The notes under the pieces were generated by a model. The model did not search any database. It worked only from the letters and a program-made list of their open reading frames with translations, and was not told the origin of the DNA. Positions 8,592 to 18,134 of a stretch of DNA of 64,000 nucleotides are shown here, piece by piece. The translations under genes were made by a program, and so were the position numbers. The stretch's first letter is position 1. Each line of letters begins with the position of its first letter. Source of the stretch: Gemmatimonadaceae bacterium (GTDB lineage: Bacteria > Gemmatimonadota > Gemmatimonadetes > Gemmatimonadales > Gemmatimonadaceae). Location of the stretch: positions 1 to 64,000 of the forward strand of contig JANRJP010000102.1 in NCBI GenBank assembly GCA_033763905.1, written 5' to 3'.

Positions 8592-10148
8592 TCAGCGCGA
8601 ATCCCGACTCGCCGAGGCGGCAGGCACCGTGACGTCGAGCGCCGCGGTTTCGATCGCTCCGCTGACGCGCCGCACCTGCACGAACACGCGGTAGCGTCCA
8701 GCCGACGGGAACACGACGGGAAACTGCACGACGCCGTCGGTGGTCGCGACCGCTGCGCCGGCGCCGTGCATCGCGTGCATCGTCGACGGCATCACCATCG
8801 GCTGGGCTTCGCCGTACAGCACCGTGTCGCCCGCCTCGCGTCGTGCGAGACGTTCCTGCGCCGCCATCGATCCGGTGCCCATCGGATGCAGGTGCATAAA
8901 AACGCCGCCGTCGAGGCGCAGCAACATCGCGTGACCGGCCATCCCCAACCACGGCGCGAGCGACATCGGCGAGCCGTCGGCGTTGGTGAGACGCGCGCGG
9001 ATCACGACATCCTGCCCGACCGCGGGTGTCGTATCGAGCGCGATGCTGAAGCTGGCGTTGTCCGTGAGCCGCGCCGCGGCGCCGTTGACCGTTGGAGGCT
9101 GCACCGACCACGCGTCGTCACCATCGGGGTTCGGTGCCGACTCGCCGTCCGACACCTCGACGGTGTCCACGATGGTGCGCGTGGCACCACTTTCGTGCAC
9201 GACGTCGGCGAACAGCCAGTAGGTACCGGCAGGCACCGCGGCGAGCGGCGTGGTGAAGGTCCGTTCGTCTTGGCGAATCGGATGCAGGTGCGCCACCGCG
9301 CCCATCCCCCCGGCCTGCACCAGGAAGAGATGCATCAGCTTGCCGTGGTCCGGCATCAGCGGCGTGCTCTGTCCACCACGCGGTCGCTCCCCGGGCTTCA
9401 CGAAACGCCAGGCACTGTCGGTGACTGTGAGGGTGAGCGTGCGGGCAGCGCCAGGGCTCACGGTCCCTTCGGCGCGCACGGGGCGGAGCAGGGCGCTGCG
9501 ATAGTCTTCTTCCACCGCGCTCCACCACTTCCAACCGCCGGTGACGATTGTCACGGTGATCAAAAAGGCGATTGCGGCAGCGAAGCGCGCACGCCGCAGT
9601 CGAGGCGTGTCGGGCGTGGCCCCGGGCGGAAGGGTGGCTTCACGCGACGCCGCAGCGATCACCGACACCAGGCCGAACACCAGAAAGGCGCCAAGGGCCG
9701 CGAGCACCCAGCCGAGCCAGTCGGGCATTCCGAGCGTGGCCGTCGCCGCACTGGTGTACGGCACGATGAACGTGCCGCTGCCCGCCGGGCCTGTCGCCGC
9801 GACGTGCAACGCGTAGGAGCCGCTGCTCATAATCCAGATCTGGGTCTGGAAGGTGCCCGCCTCACCGGGGACGGCGGGCACTGCTTCTGGAGCGGGCGCA
9901 CCCTTGGTGCCATAGCGCCAGATCGCCGGCTGCAGGGTCACGGCAGCGGGTATTGCGTTGGGCGTGGTCGTGCGGATGACCACATCGACGAGCCCGGGGA
10001 TCACCGCCGGCGGTCGAACCAGCACGCGCAGTCCGTACGGACCGGCGGTGCCATCCTGCACCACCATCGTGCTGCCGACGTGTGCGCTGTTGCTCATCCA
10101 CACGGTAGTGAGCAGCAGCAGTGAGGCGACGCGCCGCCCAAGGTTCAC
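8592..10148 (-). CDS. Exported, membrane-anchored His/Met-rich putative copper-binding protein
   Basis: GTG at 10148 overlaps the upstream stop; signal peptide ending SA|HVGS; two TM helices; MPDHGKLMHL, AHLHP, GMAGH, FMHLHPMG and MHAMH motifs. Confidence 0.75.
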   Translation of the reverse strand: MNLGRRVASLLLLTTVWMSNSAHVGSTMVVQDGTAGPYGLRVLVRPPAVIPGLVDVVIRTTTPNAIPAAVTLQPAIWRYGTKGAPAPEAVPAVPGEAGTFQTQIWIMSSGSYALHVAATGPAGSGTFIVPYTSAATATLGMPDWLGWVLAALGAFLVFGLVSVIAAASREATLPPGATPDTPRLRRARFAAAIAFLITVTIVTGGWKWWSAVEEDYRSALLRPVRAEGTVSPGAARTLTLTVTDSAWRFVKPGERPRGGQSTPLMPDHGKLMHLFLVQAGGMGAVAHLHPIRQDERTFTTPLAAVPAGTYWLFADVVHESGATRTIVDTVEVSDGESAPNPDGDDAWSVQPPTVNGAAARLTDNASFSIALDTTPAVGQDVVIRARLTNADGSPMSLAPWLGMAGHAMLLRLDGGVFMHLHPMGTGSMAAQERLARREAGDTVLYGEAQPMVMPSTMHAMHGAGAAVATTDGVVQFPVVFPSAGRYRVFVQVRRVSGAIETAALDVTVPAASASRDSR

Positions 10149-11332
10149 CGCTTCACCTCGCGTAGCCAGCCACCCCACGCCAAGCCGACACGCGCCGACA
10201 ACGCCGCCGCGAGCACGCCCCAGGTCATCGTCTTCAACAGCGCGGTGCCTGCGCCGCCCTCTTCCATCCAGAACTCGCGCGGTCCGACCAGCCAGTCCGC
10301 CGGCGCACTGTAGGGGGCGAACCCACCACCGAAGAACGGATGGCGCCCGACCTCGGTGGCCAAGAGCGACCCGAACGGCCATTGCGCCGCCACGAACGCC
10401 GCGACGAACGCGACACCGAGCACGCCAGCGGTGAGCCACGCGTTGCGGTGCGCCATCCGCTGGAGCACGAGGTCGATCGCCAGCGCCGGCGCAATCAGCA
10501 ACAACGGGAAGTTCATCGGCACCATATGCGTCACCTCGTGCCCGATCGGACCGAGCTTGGGCGTCGCGCCGAACAGCGGGAAGATCCAGACCTGCGCCGC
10601 CATAATGGTCATATAGAACAGCGCGGTCGCGGCGGCAGGCCAGCGCAGCCGAGACGCGCGGGATGCCGCGACCAGAAAGAGCGGATACACGCCGCCGGCC
10701 ACGATGTAGAAGAGCGAGTTGTGCATCAACTGCACGTCGCTGTACTCCGTAATGGCAATCGCGGCGAGCGTCAGCAGGACGCCACTGGCGAAGGCCACCA
10801 CCGTCGCGCGCGCGGTGCTGTACCCCTCGGTGTTCTGCGACGAGACGGCCATCGTCTGGGCGCCAATCAAAATGCCAAGAAGCCCCGTGAGCAGCACGAC
10901 GTGCGGCGGGCTCAAGATCTGCACGTCCAGTCCGTAGGCGTTGTGCCACCAGTCGTCGAACGGCGCCGAGGTGAGCATCGCGAAGGCGCCCCAGATGCAG
11001 ATCCAGCCACCGATCGGGCCGGTGAAGAACTTCCAGAGCCGCACGCCGTCGGTGGCGTGCGTCTCCCTGCGCCAGAACGAGTTCGCCAGCACACGCGCGC
11101 CGCACGACAAACCGGCAAGCGTGCCACCGAAGTAGATGGCGATGTGCGCGGGCGTCCAGAACGTGTCGCGGCCGATCGTCATATGCCACGAGATATCCCA
11201 GATCAGTCCGATCAGGATGCTGGTGGCGCCCAGCACGACGGCGGTGAGGTGCAGCGGCAGGCTGCGCGCCGGCGCCTCGGTGCGGCTGGGGGCGGAGGTG
11301 CCGGGGGAGAGGATCGAGGTGGCCACGATCAA
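10145..11332 (-). CDS. Polytopic membrane protein with two PmoC/AmoC-like D-x3-H...H motifs
   Basis: About 10 hydrophobic segments; WDISWHMTIGRDTFWTPAH and FDDWWHNAYGLDVQILSPPH; start TTG 11332 or GTG 11326. Confidence 0.8.
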   Translation of the reverse strand: MIVATSILSPGTSAPSRTEAPARSLPLHLTAVVLGATSILIGLIWDISWHMTIGRDTFWTPAHIAIYFGGTLAGLSCGARVLANSFWRRETHATDGVRLWKFFTGPIGGWICIWGAFAMLTSAPFDDWWHNAYGLDVQILSPPHVVLLTGLLGILIGAQTMAVSSQNTEGYSTARATVVAFASGVLLTLAAIAITEYSDVQLMHNSLFYIVAGGVYPLFLVAASRASRLRWPAAATALFYMTIMAAQVWIFPLFGATPKLGPIGHEVTHMVPMNFPLLLIAPALAIDLVLQRMAHRNAWLTAGVLGVAFVAAFVAAQWPFGSLLATEVGRHPFFGGGFAPYSAPADWLVGPREFWMEEGGAGTALLKTMTWGVLAAALSARVGLAWGGWLREVKR

Positions 11333-11560
11333 CGGGAATGTGTGGGAAGCAACAACTTAACTCGTCTGGAACCTCGGCGTGTACGCAGGAGTGGAGGACC
11401 GATCCGGCCGTACGCCGTGGCCGCCATCTTGCCGATTTCGTCGATCGGTGAGATCGTCAGACGCGGATTCGCGCGCACTACCGCTCGACATTAGGGGGGA
11501 AGCCTGCGCGTTCTCGACCGAAGAGAAAGCTGGGTCACCCTTCACCGAAGCTCACATCGC

Positions 11561-12058
11561 GTGCTTACATCTCCAAGGGTCGTGCAAGCGGGCGCGTGGG
11601 TGTTCGCCGCGCTCGTCGCATGTTCCGAGGCGCCCGAGCCGCCGGTAAGGCCATCCCCGAGTGATCGGCGGCTGATGGCTCGTGCGGCGCAGAGCTACTA
11701 CCGGCATGACAGTAACCGTGACTCGCTGGTCACGGTGGCGGAGTGGGACGCGCAACGCCCCGACAGCCCGACGGCAGCCTCGGTCGATACCAATGCGGAC
11801 GGATTGATTTCCTATCAGGAGTTCCTGCGAGATATGCGGCTCCGCTCGGCCCCGCGACCGCCGGATCGAGCGTCAGCGGGCGACGTCGAGCGCCCGGATG
11901 GCGAGGAGTCCGAGGAGCCTACCCGCAAGCGCGCCGGCGCGGTGGACGGCGACGACGAGACCGCGCCGGCGCCCTCAGCGCGGCGTCGCCCACCCACGGA
12001 CGCGCCGGGCGCGCCTTCGGCGCCGGTTCGTCGATCCCCGCCAAGGCCGATGTCGTGA
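11561..12058 (+). CDS. Putative lipoprotein with an EF-hand pair and a disordered tail
   Basis: Lipobox-like ALVAC; DSNRDSLVTVAE and DTNADGLISYQE EF-hand loops. Confidence 0.7.
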   Translation: MLTSPRVVQAGAWVFAALVACSEAPEPPVRPSPSDRRLMARAAQSYYRHDSNRDSLVTVAEWDAQRPDSPTAASVDTNADGLISYQEFLRDMRLRSAPRPPDRASAGDVERPDGEESEEPTRKRAGAVDGDDETAPAPSARRRPPTDAPGAPSAPVRRSPPRPMS

Positions 12059-12276
12059 GTGCAGGACACCACGAGACCGCGGAGGGTGCCGCCCGCATTC
12101 CGACGCCCGACGATCGCGCTGCCGAGCTCGACACCCTGTAGCGCGAAGCCAACGGCATCACGCTGCTCGTCACTTATCGACAGGCGGGTGCAGACGGGGA
12201 CGTATGATACGCCCGGTGTGCCGGCTGGCGTAGGCTGACGGGCCGGTGCACCGTTGGGAACCTTCAATCCCGCGGT

Positions 12277-14256
12277 ATGCCTCTGTTCTCCTTCGCGATC
12301 GCGCTCGCCGCTGTCGTCGCCGACACCGTCTCCTACGACGTGCGCAACCACGGTCGACCCGCGGGCGAGATGCGCGTCATCAGCGATGGCGACTCGGTCC
12401 GGCTGACGTTCGGCTACGTGGATCGGCAACGGGGGCCGAACGTCGATGCGACGTATCGCTTCGCGGCCGACGGCTCGCTGCGCGAGCGCGTGGTCCGCAC
12501 CGGGAACCGGATCACCGGCACCCCGCCGCGCGAGACCGAACGGCTGACCGTCGCCGACGGTCGAATCGCCTGGCGCGCGGGGCGCGACAGCGGTAGCGTC
12601 GCCGCCGCGACCGGCGCGTGGCACCTGTCGGAGGTGACGCACCCCTACGAACTCGGCGTGCTCGCGCGTGTGTTGTTGGCGACTCCCGGGGCGTCGCGGC
12701 CGATCGCGCAGGGCGGGACCGCTCGCGCGACGGTGGTCGTCGATACCACGCTGGTCGTGAACGGGCAGCGCCAGCGCGCGCGGCTCGTCGAGCTGGACGT
12801 CGCGTCGTCGGCGGCCGAGCACGTCTGGCTCGACGGCGAGGGCGTCGTGCTGGCGTCGTCGGCGGACTGGTTCATCACCATCCGCCGTGGTCGCGACGCG
12901 TTGCTGCCCTCGCTGCGGGCGATCGAGCGGGCGTACACTGCGCGCGCCTCCGCGGCGCTGGCCGCGCGCCTCGCGCCGGCGGCGTCGCGGGGACTGGTGA
13001 TTCGCGATGCCGATCTCTTCGACAGTGAGCGCGGCGTCATCGTGCCGCGACAGACCATCGTCATCGACGGGGATCGCATTGCCGCCGTCGGCCCCAGTGC
13101 CACCACCGCGATCCCGCGCGGCGCCACCGTCATCGACGGCCGCGGCAAGACGGTGGTCCCCGGGCTCTGGGATATGCACACGCACTTCTTCGCGGAGTCC
13201 GAAGCCTCGAGTGGGCTGCTGCATTTGGCGAGCGGCGTGACCACGGTTCGCGATCTGGCGGCCGATACCGATGACGCCGTGTCGGCGCGGGCACGCGCCG
13301 CGAACGGCTCCCTGCTGTACCCGCGAATGATTCTCGGTGGGTTCCTCGAAGGACCGGGCGCGTGGGCGGGGCCCAGCGACGTGCTGGTCCGTACCGAAGC
13401 CGACGCGGTGGCCGCCATCGCGCGCTACGACTCGCTCGGATACCGGCAGATCAAATTGTACAACCTTGTACATCCGGATCTCGTGCCGACGATCGTGGCC
13501 GAGTCGCGCCGTCGCGGCCTGCGCGTGAGCGGGCACATCCCGCGTGGACTCACGGTCGAGAATGCCCTGGCACTGGGCTACGACGAAGTGCAGCACGCGG
13601 CCTTCCTGATGAGCACGTTCTATCAGGATTCGCTCTACGTGCCGAAGATGCGCGCCTACTCGTCGGTCGCGCAGGCGGTCGTCGGCGGCTTCGACACCGA
13701 CGCGGCGCGCGTGACGGCGCTCATCGCGGCGTTCAAGGCGCGCGGAGCGTCGATGGATCCGACGCTCAACGTGTATCAGGGTAGTGCCGCATTGCCGGAC
13801 GGCACGCACCCGGTGTTCGGCTCGGCGGTGTCGTGGATGCCGCCCACGCTGCGACGGTCGTCGGCGGCCACGCCGGCGGACAGTAGCGTGACCAAGGCCC
13901 GGGATACCTATGGCCGCCTCGTGCGGCGCCTGTGGGCTGCCGGCGTTCCAGTGGTGCCGGGCACCGACAACCTGCCGGGCATTGCGCTGCTCGGCGAGCT
14001 CGAAGCGTACGAGCGCGCAGGCATTCCTGCGGCGGCCGTGTTGCAAATGGCCACGATCACGTCGGCGCGCGTGATGGGCGAGTCGCGCGACTACGGGAGT
14101 GTGGCCGTCGGCAAGATCGCGGATCTGGTCGTCGTCGACGGCGCGCCGGCCACGCGGGTCTCGGATCTGCGTCGTGCCGAGATCGTCGTCCGCGCCGGGC
14201 GCTGGTATCGGAGCCGAGCGCTGCTCGAGGCGGCTCGCTTCACGCCGCCGCAATGA
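12277..14256 (+). CDS. Exported amidohydrolase-family protein with N-terminal extension
   Basis: IDGRGKTVVPGLWDMHTH, GVTTVRD, IKLY, SGH, VQH, PGTD and GKIADLVVVDG motifs. Confidence 0.9.
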   Translation: MPLFSFAIALAAVVADTVSYDVRNHGRPAGEMRVISDGDSVRLTFGYVDRQRGPNVDATYRFAADGSLRERVVRTGNRITGTPPRETERLTVADGRIAWRAGRDSGSVAAATGAWHLSEVTHPYELGVLARVLLATPGASRPIAQGGTARATVVVDTTLVVNGQRQRARLVELDVASSAAEHVWLDGEGVVLASSADWFITIRRGRDALLPSLRAIERAYTARASAALAARLAPAASRGLVIRDADLFDSERGVIVPRQTIVIDGDRIAAVGPSATTAIPRGATVIDGRGKTVVPGLWDMHTHFFAESEASSGLLHLASGVTTVRDLAADTDDAVSARARAANGSLLYPRMILGGFLEGPGAWAGPSDVLVRTEADAVAAIARYDSLGYRQIKLYNLVHPDLVPTIVAESRRRGLRVSGHIPRGLTVENALALGYDEVQHAAFLMSTFYQDSLYVPKMRAYSSVAQAVVGGFDTDAARVTALIAAFKARGASMDPTLNVYQGSAALPDGTHPVFGSAVSWMPPTLRRSSAATPADSSVTKARDTYGRLVRRLWAAGVPVVPGTDNLPGIALLGELEAYERAGIPAAAVLQMATITSARVMGESRDYGSVAVGKIADLVVVDGAPATRVSDLRRAEIVVRAGRWYRSRALLEAARFTPPQ

Positions 14257-14291
14257 TCGCGCGACGTCGGCATCCGCCGCGTCGCGCGATC
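14255..14291. terminator. Hairpin between convergent genes (probable bidirectional terminator)
   Basis: 12-bp inverted repeat gatcgcgcgacg / cgtcgcgcgatc with an inner cggc/gccg stem; no U-tract. Confidence 0.55.
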
Positions 14292-14304
14292 GGCGTACGT
14301 TGAA

Positions 14305-14787
14305 TCAGCGCAGCTCGACGTTCCGAATCTGCACCGGCCGCGCCGCTTCATTGCCAGCCGTGGCGTTGCCCGCGCGGTCAAGCACGCTGGCCTTGACCTC
14401 GAGCAGGCGCAACGTGCGGGCCGTCGTCGGCGCACCGCTGAACACGAATTCCGCCCGCTGCGCCGCCCCGTTGGGCAGCCGCGTGTTCACCGCCACCAGC
14501 GGCCGACCACCGAAGCTCATCGAGCTCAGCGTCAGCGACGCGCCGTCCATCGCCGCCGAGACATCGGTGTCGGCAAAGACCAGATTGGCGTCGGCCGCGC
14601 GATTGGTCACCACCACGACGCAGCGCAACGTGGTGTTCTCTCGTCGACAGCTTTCGGTCCGCCACTCGACCTGCGCCACGAAGTCCGTGGTAATCACCTG
14701 ATCGGCGATCGGTGGTCCCGATCGGCACGCACCAACGGCAGCAGCAGTGGCCAGCAGGAACAACCCAAGGGCGGCACGCGAACGCAT
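14305..14787 (-). CDS. Hypothetical lipoprotein
   Basis: GGAG RBS, ATG at 14787, signal peptide ending AVGAC, beta-rich mature domain with a Cys pair. Confidence 0.7.
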   Translation of the reverse strand: MRSRAALGLFLLATAAAVGACRSGPPIADQVITTDFVAQVEWRTESCRRENTTLRCVVVVTNRAADANLVFADTDVSAAMDGASLTLSSMSFGGRPLVAVNTRLPNGAAQRAEFVFSGAPTTARTLRLLEVKASVLDRAGNATAGNEAARPVQIRNVELR

Positions 14788-14807
14788 AAGCTCTCCGAGT
14801 GAAGGCG

Positions 14808-15185
14808 TCAGAATGGCTTGTACACCGCCATTGCCGCGGCGGTTGCAGCAAGGAACGGCAAGGCGATGAGCGTCGGGCGTGCCAGCGCCGGCTTGCGGTA
14901 CGGCAAGGCGATGAGACCGGCGAAGAGCGTCCACACCCCCAGCTTCATCCACAGCCAGCCGGGAAACATCGCGCCGTGCTGGAAGCCCAGCCGCGCGAGC
15001 ATCCCGAACCCGCCCACCAGAATGAACAGTACGCCGGCACCGTGCATCGAAATCAGCAGGCGGCGGGCGCTGTTCTCGGACTTGGTGCCGCCATTGAGCG
15101 CGTGCACGGCCATTCCGCCGAGCGAGCTCAAGGTGAGCGCAATGCCGAAGATGTGAACGACCTTGTAGAACGTGTACGGGAGCAT
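14808..15185 (-). CDS. Small 4-TM membrane protein (SirB2-like)
   Basis: YKVVHIFG, SMHG and PGWLWMKL; four hydrophobic segments; C-terminal YKPF. Confidence 0.75.
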   Translation of the reverse strand: MLPYTFYKVVHIFGIALTLSSLGGMAVHALNGGTKSENSARRLLISMHGAGVLFILVGGFGMLARLGFQHGAMFPGWLWMKLGVWTLFAGLIALPYRKPALARPTLIALPFLAATAAAMAVYKPF

Positions 15186-15206
15186 CGGTGCGGCGTGGCC
15201 AGGGGG

Positions 15207-18080
15207 TCAGGGACGCAGAACGACCGAAACGTAGCCGACCGTGCGGCGGATGGCCGGGTCGGTCGCGCGGGTCACGCCCAGACGCACGTCGGTGCCCGGG
15301 AGGCGAATCAGGGGGATCGGCCCCGAGCGTACCACGACCTCCGCGCCCCACAGGCGCTGGAACTGCTCGAGGGTTTCTCCGGCGCCGTACCACTCGTGAA
15401 AGAGATTCACCGGCCCAGAGGTCCCCACGCGCAGTCGAGCGAGGCGCGAGCCGGTGGCCGCACCGAACGGCAACCCGGGGCTCACGATCCGTTGCGTCAG
15501 CACGGCGTCGCTCAGGTAGGGCGCCGCTGAACCGCCAATGACGAAGCGCTCGAAGATGGGCGCCGTGCCGCCGAGCACGCCGATCTGCGCCTCGGTCGCG
15601 AGCCCGATCCCGCCCCAGGGCGTGATGCTCCCTCCGACGGTGGTCACCACGCGCTGCCACGAGTCGCCGCCCGTCCGGCCCGCGGTCGCGTCCACGGCCA
15701 TTGAATTCGTGATCCGCACCACGCCGCGCGGCGTCCACTGGTACTCGCTCTGCACCCCGACGTTGGCGAGGTAACGCGCCTGCCGCGTCACCAGCGCCGA
15801 CGGATCGAGGGCATCGACTTGGCCCGCGCTGAACGTGGCGCTCGCGCGCACGGTCCCGTGCGTGCTCGCGCGAGGGAGGCCAAGCGTGACGGCGGTCCCG
15901 GCATAGTCGACGTCGAGTGGACGCAGACCGACGGAGGTGAATCGGCGTTGCTCGGACGGCCGCTGTTGCGCAGCCCACGCGCTGAGGCCGATCGACGGTC
16001 GGGTGCCGCGCCAGACCGCGGCCACACTGCCGCCCCGCCACAGCGCGGGCTGGCCGACCCCCGCCTGCGCCACGAACGAGAGTCGCCCAATGACATCACT
16101 CCCGACCACCGCGACGCCCGACTGCCAGCCATCGGCCCCGGCGGACGAGTTCACGAAGGGCCGCGCCACCATCGGGCCGAGGCCGTATGGCCGAAGCGGG
16201 CGAATGCTGTCGGCCGCGAACGCGACCGCGCGAGACGCGTCGACGCGCGGCGCGGCGGGCGCGTCGGCAGGAGACAGCGTCACGATGCCGCCCGTCGCCA
16301 CGCTGTCCGGTGCGATGGCGCGCAAGTCGTAACCACGCGCGTGGTAGTCGAGGAACCACACGCGGCCATCCGGCGCCCGGTCGGGCCAGAGCACCGCGCC
16401 CGTCGTGCGCGTCAGCGGTTGCGTGGCGCCGCCCGCGAGCGACAGTCGTTCGGCGTTGGCCACGCCGCCGGCTTCACTCACGACGATCAGCGACGAGTCG
16501 CCCGACCACGTCGGCGAGTAGCGGGACACCGCATCCTCGGGGCCGACGAGTGTGACGGCCCCGGTCGCGATCTCCACCAGCGCGGGGCGCCAGATCGTGC
16601 CGACCTGCGTGGCCGTGGCGATGTGCGTGCCACTTGGTGACACGCGAGCGCCAGCGAAGGGGCGGTCGATCTGCCCTGCCGCCAGCAGTCGCACGCCGCC
16701 GGTGACGAGGTCGATCAGCACGATCGAACACGTCCCACCACCGCAGGTCACGCCGGCCGCTTGTGCGCCGCTCGGCAACGGGTCGGCCTCGCGAATCGAC
16801 GCGCCCGACGTGATGCGCTTGAGCCAGCCCGAGGTGCTGTGCCACACATAGAGGTCGGGGCGCAGGCGCCCGTCGGGCAATGGCGTGCTGCGCACCACCA
16901 GCAGGCGCTCGTTGTCGGCGAACCAGCGGGGTGCGCCGAAGCCGATGCCGGCCAGCGGGGCCAGCGCGGCGAGCCGCTTGAGCGGTCGCGGCGTGGAGTC
17001 GACGCTCGGCACGTCGTCGGGATCGTCCGCCTGCGCCTTGGCGGTCCTCGCGAGTTCCGCGCTGTCGGGCGTCGTCGCCGCCGTCGCGAGCACCAGCACC
17101 TGCGAGGCCTGCCCCGGCACGCTCCGCCGAATGGCGATCTTCTGTCCGTTCGGCGATACCGCCGGCGCGCCCGCCAGACCGCGCCACCGCTGGCGCAACG
17201 CCCCTCGCGCCACACCGGCACGCTGCAGCGTGTCCTCGACCCGCTTCGCGCGCGCGGTGACTTCGGCCGCGAAGCGGCCATACAGCTCCGCCGGCGGGGC
17301 GCCGAAGACCCCACGGAACGAGGCGTCGAACGATCGCTGCTGCTTAGCCGTCATTCGCTTCCACAGATTCGTGAGCGCGGCCTCGCCACGCTGCGCCTGG
17401 AGCCACTCCAGAAACGCCGAGCCGACGAGGTAGCGCACGGAGCCACCCTGGAAGGTCCCCGCATCGTCCAGCGCGTCATACGCGGGCAGGGCGCCTTCGA
17501 TCGCGAACTGTCGCAACAGCGCAGGGCGGGCCGCGCCGTTCGGCCGGCCACTGCCGGTGAGTTGGCCTTCGATCAGCGTGGCGTAGCCTTCGATCACCCA
17601 GAACGGTGCACCGAGCGGGATCGGGCCGATCGGCACCGGCGACAGTCGCAGGTTGAAGTCCCGCCACTTGTCACGGGTGGGGCGAAGCAGATGCGCCAAG
17701 TGCGCGTACTCGTGCACCGAGAGGATCTCGCCCCAGCCGCGATTGTTGCCGAGCCCCGACGCGGGATCTGGCGGTGTGGCCCAGAAGCGCATCGCGGGGG
17801 CAGCCAGTGACGGCCACGCGGAACCGTTGGGTACGTTCAACGGATCTTCGACGACGATGTCGATCACCTGCGGTGGCGTGTAGCCGACTTTTTCGGCGAC
17901 CGCCGTGCGAACCGCTTCGATGCGTCCCGCGAGTCCCTGCGCCCAGGCCTCGAGCCCGGGTTCGACGTGAATACGGAAATGGGGGGTGCGAATCGTGCGC
18001 CACGCCAGCGCGGGGTTGATCTCCTCCTGCGCAGCGAGCAACGCAGGGGTAAGGCACAACAGGGCAAGGGCTCGACGCAT
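15207..18080 (-). CDS. Exported protein: gluzincin-type peptidase domain, TolB/PD40 beta-propeller and probable C-terminal beta-barrel
   Basis: ATG at 18080 with signal peptide; WRTIRTPHFRIH, HEYAH and WVIEGYA; PAVSPNG and PTWSGD propeller repeats; amphipathic C-terminal strands. Confidence 0.78.
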   Translation of the reverse strand: MRRALALLCLTPALLAAQEEINPALAWRTIRTPHFRIHVEPGLEAWAQGLAGRIEAVRTAVAEKVGYTPPQVIDIVVEDPLNVPNGSAWPSLAAPAMRFWATPPDPASGLGNNRGWGEILSVHEYAHLAHLLRPTRDKWRDFNLRLSPVPIGPIPLGAPFWVIEGYATLIEGQLTGSGRPNGAARPALLRQFAIEGALPAYDALDDAGTFQGGSVRYLVGSAFLEWLQAQRGEAALTNLWKRMTAKQQRSFDASFRGVFGAPPAELYGRFAAEVTARAKRVEDTLQRAGVARGALRQRWRGLAGAPAVSPNGQKIAIRRSVPGQASQVLVLATAATTPDSAELARTAKAQADDPDDVPSVDSTPRPLKRLAALAPLAGIGFGAPRWFADNERLLVVRSTPLPDGRLRPDLYVWHSTSGWLKRITSGASIREADPLPSGAQAAGVTCGGGTCSIVLIDLVTGGVRLLAAGQIDRPFAGARVSPSGTHIATATQVGTIWRPALVEIATGAVTLVGPEDAVSRYSPTWSGDSSLIVVSEAGGVANAERLSLAGGATQPLTRTTGAVLWPDRAPDGRVWFLDYHARGYDLRAIAPDSVATGGIVTLSPADAPAAPRVDASRAVAFAADSIRPLRPYGLGPMVARPFVNSSAGADGWQSGVAVVGSDVIGRLSFVAQAGVGQPALWRGGSVAAVWRGTRPSIGLSAWAAQQRPSEQRRFTSVGLRPLDVDYAGTAVTLGLPRASTHGTVRASATFSAGQVDALDPSALVTRQARYLANVGVQSEYQWTPRGVVRITNSMAVDATAGRTGGDSWQRVVTTVGGSITPWGGIGLATEAQIGVLGGTAPIFERFVIGGSAAPYLSDAVLTQRIVSPGLPFGAATGSRLARLRVGTSGPVNLFHEWYGAGETLEQFQRLWGAEVVVRSGPIPLIRLPGTDVRLGVTRATDPAIRRTVGYVSVVLRP

Positions 18081-18128
18081 CGTGCGGTCAGTCGTGGGGT
18101 CGGACGTCAACGGGGCAGGGCTGGGCGC

Positions 18129-18134
18129 TATACT
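18129..18134 (+). promoter_or_regulatory. Candidate -10 element TATACT upstream of the SDR-hyp-fahA operon
   Basis: TANNNT match 6 nt before an ATG at 18141. Confidence 0.45.

Noticed and set aside
8592..11189. 865-aa ORF as listed in the track
   Set aside because: The N-terminal part is an off-frame overlap of the membrane gene; the signal peptide begins at GTG 10148
8592..11332. Calling this a true pmo/amo operon
   Set aside because: Similarity is limited to short motifs and topology; no PmoA/AmoA-like gene
12055..12141. Short ORF VSAGHHETAEGAARIPTPDDRAAELDTL overlapping the EF-hand gene stop
   Set aside because: Only 28 aa with no recognisable motif; possibly a gene remnant but unsupported
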